The notes beneath the pieces were generated by a model. The model had not been told where the DNA came from. It saw only the letters and a program-made list of their open reading frames with translations, and did not search any database. Made by a program: the position numbers and the translations under genes. Positions 10,989-19,200 of a DNA stretch of 59,954 nucleotides are shown piece by piece. This DNA is from a virus (taxonomy: Duplodnaviria; Heunggongvirae; Uroviricota; Caudoviricetes). The DNA lies in IMG/VR virus record IMGVR_UViG_3300035497_000275, positions 64,001-123,954 of that record; one strand, given 5' to 3'. Every line of letters starts with the position of its first letter. Positions within the stretch are counted from its first letter, which is position 1.

Positions 10989-11006
10989 TTTTGAATGGGA
11001 GTGATT

Positions 11007-11441
11007 ATGAGTAAGTCAAAATTTAATGTTAGTGATGATTTAAGGCAGAGAACTTTTAATGATATAGTTTTTGATTCTCGTCTTGAAATGATGTATTACC
11101 GTGACGTACTTTGTCCTTTAGAGAAGAGTGGCGATATTGTTTACTGTGAATTACAGAAACCATATGAGTTACAACCGAAGTTCGTTCATGATAATAAAAC
11201 TGTGCAGCCAATCAAGTATGTGGCAGATTTCTTTGTTCGATATAAAGATGGTCATGAGGAAGTTATTGACACAAAAGGTTGTCCAGATTCCGTTGCGATT
11301 TTAAAGCGAAAAATGTTTTGGTATCACTATCCTAATGTTGTTTATAAATGGATTTGTTATTCAAAGATAGACGGAGGATGGGTAGATTACGAATATTATA
11401 AAAAGCAACGTGCTATTCGCCAGAAAGAAAAATCTAAGTAA
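11007..11441 (+). CDS. DUF1064-family PD-(D/E)xK nuclease-like protein
   Basis: FDSRLE, LQKPYELQPKF, YVADF and VIDTKG motifs. Confidence 0.78.
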   Translation: MSKSKFNVSDDLRQRTFNDIVFDSRLEMMYYRDVLCPLEKSGDIVYCELQKPYELQPKFVHDNKTVQPIKYVADFFVRYKDGHEEVIDTKGCPDSVAILKRKMFWYHYPNVVYKWICYSKIDGGWVDYEYYKKQRAIRQKEKSK

Positions 11442-11455
11442 AAAGGAGAACGAAT

Positions 11456-12097
11456 ATGGCTAAATTAAAGAAGAAGGAATTGAATTCATTGCTGTCCGCT
11501 TATAATAATGTTTCAAGTGAAATTGAATTAAACTTGACAAATCCGCAGGATGAAAATGAAATTATCGCAACGATTACTGTTAATACCAGTATGACAATTG
11601 ATGAGAAAGGGATGTTTGTGGATCGTGTTGTAAATCATTATTTTGATTCAAATGGTGATTTTTGTCCGCAATATCTTGATCCTATTTTCATGATTACGTT
11701 ACTGCAAATGACAACAAATGTTCCTGTGTTTGAATCAGAATTTGAGGAAAATGGTCAAGTTTTAAAAATTATTGATATCGAAAAAACATATACTTTATGC
11801 AAGGCTATTAATCTTGTCAAAAATGTAAAAGATGAAAGATACCAGCATTTGATTCAGGAATTGAAAGCAATGGTGCGTGATAAGTTAGAGTATCGGAAGC
11901 AGATGCAGTATAATTCTGAACGTGCATTACTGACGAAGGCCAGAGAGGAACTTGAAACTGGTATTGCAATGGTAAATGCAGTTGGTATCCAGTTGAATGA
12001 GGCACTTTCTAAGGTTGGAACTGTGCAGGAAATGAATGATGCTTTAAAGAATATTGATTATGAAAAATTAGTTAATACTACTTTAGCACAGTCATAA
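11456..12097 (+). CDS. Hypothetical protein (positional candidate for tail assembly chaperone)
   Basis: 213 aa helical ORF with SD AGGAG, between the tube and tape measure genes. Confidence 0.5.
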   Translation: MAKLKKKELNSLLSAYNNVSSEIELNLTNPQDENEIIATITVNTSMTIDEKGMFVDRVVNHYFDSNGDFCPQYLDPIFMITLLQMTTNVPVFESEFEENGQVLKIIDIEKTYTLCKAINLVKNVKDERYQHLIQELKAMVRDKLEYRKQMQYNSERALLTKAREELETGIAMVNAVGIQLNEALSKVGTVQEMNDALKNIDYEKLVNTTLAQS

Positions 12098-12117
12098 CTA
12101 TATATACAATTTAGTTG

Positions 12118-12146
12118 TTGACAACCTCCTTTATTTGCGATATAAT
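12118..12146 (+). promoter_or_regulatory. Consensus sigma70/sigmaA promoter of the moron gene
   Basis: TTGACA (12118-12123), 17-nt spacer, TATAAT (12141-12146); SD AAGGAGG follows. Confidence 0.88.
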
Positions 12147-12168
12147 ATAGAAAAAGGAGGTATCTATT

Positions 12169-12663
12169 ATGGCACTGATTAAATGTCCTGAGTGTGGTAA
12201 AGAAGTAAGTGATAAAGCTGCCGTCTGTATCCATTGTGGATATCCACTTCAAGCACAAGCATCTGTATCTATGATAGGTTCTCAATTACAAAAAGTTGTG
12301 ATTCCATCTATGCGGCAACCGTCCGACAACAAAATTGCTGTGATTACTTTGGTACGCCGTTTGACTGGTTTAGGACTTGCTCAAGCAAAAGAATTGATAG
12401 AAAGTTCAAATCCTGTTATAAAAGACGGCTTAACGCCCGATGAAGCAAACGAAATTATTGCTGAATTCAGTAATTTAGGTGTTAAGGCAACAGCACTTGA
12501 TTCATCCGCAAGGGTGGAAAGTGTTATCCGTTGTCCGAAATGCGGATCGACTGAATACCATGCTGGAGCAAGAGGTTTTAGCATTGTGACCGGGTTTGTA
12601 GGGAGCGGGAAAACAGTTTTGACCTGTTTGAAATGCGGTCATAGGTGGAAGCCGGGAAAATAA
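12169..12663 (+). CDS. Zn-ribbon / ribosomal protein L7/L12 C-terminal-like domain / Zn-ribbon fusion (moron)
   Basis: CPECG...CIHCG; NKIAVITLVRRLTGLGLAQAKELIE aligns by eye with bL12 CTD [25 protein letters not shown]; CPKCG...CLKCG. Confidence 0.8.
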   Translation: MALIKCPECGKEVSDKAAVCIHCGYPLQAQASVSMIGSQLQKVVIPSMRQPSDNKIAVITLVRRLTGLGLAQAKELIESSNPVIKDGLTPDEANEIIAEFSNLGVKATALDSSARVESVIRCPKCGSTEYHAGARGFSIVTGFVGSGKTVLTCLKCGHRWKPGK

Positions 12664-12671
12664 AATATATG

Positions 12672-12705
12672 AAGGCCGAAGGATTTTAGTCCTTCGGCTT
12701 TTGTT
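12672..12705 (+). terminator. Intrinsic terminator of the moron
   Basis: GCCGAAGGA-ttttag-TCCTTCGGC followed by TTTTGTT. Confidence 0.8.
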
Positions 12706-12721
12706 ATATAGGGGGTGCATA

Positions 12722-13183
12722 ATGTCTATTGAGAGTATTATAAACAGCCTCGATGTTCGGAAAATTAAAGCACCTTCTGGATTGACCTATGAACAAGAAC
12801 TAATTAAGGCGGCTGATCAATTAAGTGTCTATATTGAAAATGAGATACATCGTGGCAGTTTAGCAAATTCTTTGTCAACAGAGGACATTGCCGATATACA
12901 AGTTGTTAATGGTAATTCGTTATCTGTTACATTAAAGGTTCAAAATTCAATTAGACCTTCTATTTTTAAAAAATGGAATCAAAGTGACGCAAATGTTTTT
13001 TGGTTACTGAATGATGGTTATACGGTCAAGAAAGATGTTTGGTTTAAGAATATACCGAATTTCGGATATCGTGTTGCTGAACACTTTGTTGAAAATGGGA
13101 TTAAAAAATTTAATCAAAATAACAGCCTTGGTATAAAAGTTGAAGTAATTCGACCATTGCTATATTACGGCAGCATAACTTAA
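12722..13183 (+). CDS. Hypothetical tail-region protein (possibly HK97 gp10-like)
   Basis: 153 aa from ATG 12722 with SD GGGGGTG; LLNDG...HF.E.G pattern; position before the tape measure gene. Confidence 0.45.
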   Translation: MSIESIINSLDVRKIKAPSGLTYEQELIKAADQLSVYIENEIHRGSLANSLSTEDIADIQVVNGNSLSVTLKVQNSIRPSIFKKWNQSDANVFWLLNDGYTVKKDVWFKNIPNFGYRVAEHFVENGIKKFNQNNSLGIKVEVIRPLLYYGSIT

Positions 13184-13191
13184 ATGTTTAT

Positions 13192-13218
13192 CTCCTTGCT
13201 TTCTGGCAAGGAGTTTTT
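13192..13218 (+). terminator. Intrinsic terminator-like hairpin just upstream of the tape measure gene
   Basis: CTCCTTGC-tttctg-GCAAGGAG followed by TTTTT. Confidence 0.72.
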
Positions 13219-13242
13219 ATTTTGTGTACAGGAGGTGGATAA

Positions 13243-16200
13243 ATGGCTGCTGATGGAAAGATTGTACTTGGATTAGATATATCAAAATCAACTTCTGAAA
13301 TTACATCTGGTTTAAATGGAATTTTAGATAATCTTGGTACAAAGCAAATTATTATCAAAACAGCAATTGAAAAGGCAGAAACCGAAAAGTCTATCAATTC
13401 GCTGATGACCGAAATTAATTCTCAAACAGCAGAAATTGGCATTCAGGTCGATGAAAAAGATATTTCAAAAGTTCTGAGCCAACAGCAGAAAATCGCTTCT
13501 GTACAAAATGAATTGATCCAGCAGATGGAGAAATATAAGCAAGCGGCTTCTGACGCTGGATTAACATTAAGCAAGGTCAATACCGATGCTTTTGAAAAGG
13601 CAATCAACACGCAAAGTTTTGATGCCGCAAAAGAAAGTATTCGTGCAGTCAAAAAAGAGATTGAGCAATTTAATCAAGATGTAAAAACAATGAATGATGA
13701 TTTCAAGTTAGACATTGATATTACATCTATTAAAAGCAAAATCCAAAGTTTAAAAACAAGCAGTAGTGAGGTTACTTCTCTATTAAGCAAACTTGAAACT
13801 GCCGAAAAGAATTATAATAATGCTACAACAACATCTTCAAAACTTGATGCTTATAAACAGTTAAGACAAGTTATTGCTGAGTTGACTGCAAATTATAGTT
13901 CCTTGAAACAAGCAGAGAGTGCAAGTTCTTCTGATGCTGGTATTCAGCAGAAAATAGCAAATGCAAGAACTTACTTAAAAGTTTTACAGGAAACATATAA
14001 GGAACTTGGCGATTCTTCTGCTTCAAAGGCACTGACGAAATCTATTGAAGAATTAGAGGCTGCTTTAAATTCTGTTGGAAAAGATACGTCTGCTGGTGAG
14101 TTATCAAAGATTTGGGATGAAATTACAACTAAAATTGCTGCGGCAAAACGTGCAGTTACGGAATATAAAACGGAACAGTCTAATTTCTCACAGCAAAACA
14201 GCGCATTAGATTCAATCATTAAGAAATTGGAGCAAATTAGTTCATATGAATTATTCCCTGATACTTCTACTGATTTTGGATCAAAATTAAATGAGCAGTT
14301 ACAGTCTTTGCTTAATAAAGCGCAGGAATTACAAACTGCGTTTAAAAACGTTGATTCAACCGATACTGAAACAATTAAAAATTTGCAATCTCAGTTGGAA
14401 CAGTTAAAAAAGGATTTTGCAGATATTGTTACAGAAACAAATCGGTTTGGTTCCAATACTGCGTGGGATAAATTTAAGCAAAAAGTTGACAGCGCAATTA
14501 AAAGCGTTGAAGAATATGACCAAAAATATAGCGCAATCAAGGGTAATCCTGATTTAGTTCAGCAGTTAGAAAAGCTGAAAGAAATGGCGAAGAGTATTAC
14601 CACAGAAGCAGACTTGACAAGTTTTAATAGACAGTTTGCAGAATTTGATAAGCAAGTTCAGTCTTGTGGTTTACATACAAAGTCATTGAGTGATCGGTTT
14701 GCGGAAGCATTTAAGAATTTCTCTTACTTCTTTAGTGCAAGTCGTATGATTTATCAGTTGATAAGCAGTTTGAAGGAAATGGTTTCTAATGTGATCGACC
14801 TGAATACTGCAATGGTGGAATTACGGAAGGTCACTGAAGCAACCGATCAAGAGTTTAATACCTTTTTAGAAAGCGCAAAAAGTAATGCTGTTGAATTGGG
14901 TAGCACTGTTACTGATTTGGTGAATGCAACAGCGGACTTTTCTCGACTTGGATATTCTTTGTCAGATGCAGAGGAACTTGGTAAGATCGCCACAATTTAT
15001 TTGAATGTCGGTGACGATGTTGACGATATTAGTCAGGCCACTACCAGTTTGGTTTCTACCATGAAAGGTTTTGGAATTGAAGCCGAAGATGCAATGTCTA
15101 TCATTGATAAGTTCAATGAGGTAGGTAATAATTTCGCAATTTCTTCTGGTGGTATTGGTGATGCTTTACAACGTTCTGCGGCTTCTTTGGCAGCGGCGAA
15201 TAATAGCATTGATGAATCTATTGCTTTGATTGTTGCGGCAAACAATGTTATCCAAGACCCGGAAACAGTTGGTACAATGTGGAAAACTGTTGCAATGCGT
15301 ATTCGTGGTGCAACTACTGAACTTGAAGCGGCTGGTCTTGAAACAGATGGCATGGCTAAGAGTACATCAGATTTGCGTGATCAAATCATGGCTTTGACCG
15401 ATATAGATGGTTCTGGCGGTTTTGATATTATGGCGGATGAAGAAACATTTAAATCCACTTATGATATTATTCTTGGCATTGGTGAAGTGTGGCAGGATAT
15501 CGCTGACGTTGATCAGGCTGCATTATTGGAACTGCTTGCTGGTAAACGGCAAGGTAACGCTTTGGCGGCTGCATTGACCAATTTAGAGGATTTGCAATCC
15601 GCCTTGGAAACATCTGCTGATTCTGCTGGTTCTGCTATGGAGGAACAGGAGATTTGGTTAGAAAGTCTGGAAGCGAAAATTAATCAGTTTCAGGCTGCGT
15701 TTGAATCTCTTTCTTCTGCCGTATTTTCAGATGACTTCTTGGGATTCTGGATTGATAGAGGTACAGATTTAATTCAAATTCTTGAAGCTATTATTGAAAA
15801 ATGCGGCGGAATGGGAAACACATTGACGCTGTTGATTTCTATTATTGCGTTACTCAATATTAGTTCAACAACAAAACTTGTAACTACCCTTTTCCAAAAA
15901 CTTTCAACTGGTTTTGGAGTTATTACAAAAGTTACAGATGGTTTTCAGTTATTGAAAACTGCATGGGCAGAAGGAAAAAGTGCTGGTGGTGGATTTATTT
16001 CTACATTAAAAGGTACTTCAACTGCCTTATACGGTACACAAGCCGCTGCTACTGTTGCTACTATCGCCATTACTGCGTTAGTTGCAATTATTGCTATTGC
16101 TGTTGCGGCATATAAAAATTATCAGCAAAAGTTACAGGAACAACGGGACGCAGCTATTGAAGCCGCTCAAGCGCAATACGAGGAAGAACAAGAACTTCGT

Positions 16201-19200
16201 GATTTGCTTGCGGCCTATGATGATGCGGATAGTGCTTATACAGATGATGCAGACGCAAAAGCTACATTGGAATCTGCAACTGATAGTCTTTTAGCAAAAT
16301 TGGGATATGAGGAAGATGCTGTTGATGGATTGATTACCAAATATGGTGATCTTGATACCGCACTTAGGACAATTTCAATTGATCAGTTAAAAGAAGATTT
16401 AGGAACATATTTAAATGGTTTAGCTGGAGCAGAAGGAAATCTGCTTAATCATATTAAAGATGGATGGACAAGTTCATATAGTGTAATTTCTGGTTTAGGA
16501 AATGAAACCGCTCAAATTCTGAATGATGCTGGGTTAGTTTCAAGTAGTTCATTTGGCACGAATTATGCGATTTATTTAGGAGATAATTCTACCATTGAGG
16601 GCGCACTGGAAATGTATCAACATTTGCTTGATATGAAGGCAGAGTTGACACAAGCGGTTTTAGATGGAAAAATTTCTTCTGAAGATTTGAACAATGATGA
16701 TCTTTGGAATGACATTAATGCCAAACTAAATGATATGCAAGATTATGTCGAAGCATATCAAGAATATTTAGGATATGTCAACGATACGGCGGCTGCGATT
16801 CAAATTGAAACAGAATTGTTGGATCGTAATGTTCCGAAAACAGTAGACGAATATAATCAACTGCGTCAGGATATGATAGACGAGGCTTTGAATTCTGATG
16901 TTTTCATCGGTTCTGAAGATGACATTGTTTCAGCTATTGATTCCTATATGCAAAAGAATTTCTCTACATTAGAGGGAATTGCTGCATATGAAGAAAAACT
17001 TGCGACAGAAATTCAGCAAAAGAAATCTGAAATCATAAAGGCATATAGTAAGTCTGATGATATTCAGGATTCCAGTTGGAAAGATGCAGAAAAGAAACTG
17101 CAAGAATTTAATGACTATATTGATGGTTTATCAAACAGTAAAGTTGAATTAGCATATGACCTTGTAGTTAATACAAACATTGATTCTCTTGATGAATTAA
17201 AGACTGCAATCGAAGCGTCTGATATCACTGATCTTTCATCCGAAAAGTTAAAAGAGTATCAGCAGATTTATGATGATTATAAAAAGGTCGTTAGTGAATC
17301 AAGATTACTTGGTGTTGATTTGTCAAATACGATTTATGGCAACATTGATACGAATAATCGTCAAATTTTGGAGTGGACAGACGAAAATCTTGCCACTTAT
17401 CAAAGTGCTATTGAATCTTGGGGTAGTACCATTGATGAACTTCGTGGTTCGTTCTCAACAGTATTTGGCGGATCAGAGGAATTTGATGGTGTTGAAATTG
17501 CCTTCTCCCCCATTCTTCAAACTGAAAATGGTGCAGTCCTTTTAGACAAAGATACAGTTTATGAATATATCTATGGTTTAATTGACGAAGCAGGAGAAAA
17601 TTGGACTTCTGAGGATTTGCTGCGGCTTGATACAGAAGGTCTTGAAATGGATGGGCAAGTTGTAAAGAACTTGCTTGCGGATATTGGTGAAACAGCAATT
17701 TGGACTGGTGAAGCTATGCACTTCACTGGTGATACGGGAGCCGTCACGGATGCGTATTCTGCTTTGTCAGATGCAGCCGATGAAGCTGGTGTATCTGTTG
17801 AAGCACTGATTTATTATCTGCAACATTCCAGTGGTCAATTTGGCATTATCGCAGGTAATATTAAAAAGTCTTTAACTGAATTGTGGAGTTCTGATGATTT
17901 TGCGGATACAAAAACATCTATTATTGAAATGGCAAATACCCTTGATGGTATTAATGTCAATAATATTGATAGTCTTGTAGATAGCAGCGCAGATTTAGCC
18001 GCAATTTTGGATGAAGATGGAATGAACGCAAAATTTCTTGCTCATATCCTCCAAACGGAAGCTATGGGCGGTGATGGCTTTGCACTAATTACAGAAGATG
18101 CACTGACCTTAAATAGTGCATTGGAAGGATTAAAGACACAGTTCCAAGATGTTACTGATGCTAAATCCAGATATGATGAGGCAATGTCAGTAGATGAAAA
18201 GGATACTGATTTTAAATCATATGCAGAAGCATTCGAGGAATTGAATGATCAGTTTGTCGCAGGAACTACCAATAGTAATGCGTTTTGGGCGGCGGCTGAA
18301 TTCTTGTTCGGTTCAGATCAGTTGCAGGAATGGGGCTGGTCGGATGGCTTAGATGAAATCTATGAAGCCATGAAAAAGAATGTTGCAATCTTTGAAGATG
18401 CAGATAGTGCTGGAGCAGGATTCTTAGATCGACTGTATGAACTGTCAGAAGCCGGGGAAATCAAGGCTGATGACGGTACAGTGATTGCAACAATTGAGAA
18501 ATTAGCAGATGGTAGTTATGACTTCAACTTCGATTCTGAAAATTTGGATTTGCTTGCAGATAAGATGGGTATTACCAAAGAGGCTGCTTTGGCTTGTATG
18601 GAAGCCCTCTCAATGTATGGTGATTTCCAGTTCTATGATATCGAAGCGGTTATGAATGCTGTTGAGCAGATTGGTCTTGCGTCTGATTCTATTGATGGGA
18701 CAGCAGTTAATGTTGAGACATTAACGGATCAGTTGATTTCTTTAGGTTATACAAATAAGGAAATTTATGATTTACTACAAGTCTTACAACAGGTGGACGG
18801 TGTTACTCTGCTTGATGCAGAAGCGAATGTTGATGATTTAGTACAAAGCCTGAATGATTTAGGTTTGGCGGTTGGTGACGGTGTTGATATAACCGTAAAT
18901 GCCGATGCTCTTTCTGAGTTAATGTCGCAACTGAATTATACAAAGGAAGATACTGAAGGTCTGATTACAAAACTGGGTGAAGCAGATAATATTACACTGA
19001 CCAATGCCCAAGGTCAAGTCATTGAATTAAATGATGCGCTTGATAATTTGAATAATTATGATTTTGCAACAGTCACAGATGATGTGAATGGATTGAATGA
19101 TTCTCTTGAGGAAACTGACGATGCTGATATGACCAGCGTTACCAGCGAACTTGATGGAATTAAGAGTTCTGCTGAATTGGCACAAGAATCTGTTGATGAA

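Noticed and set aside
11456-13183. Programmed -1 frameshift tail chaperone pair (G/GT type)
   Set aside because: No convincing XXXYYYZ slippery site linking two ORFs; a moron with its own promoter and terminator separates the candidates.
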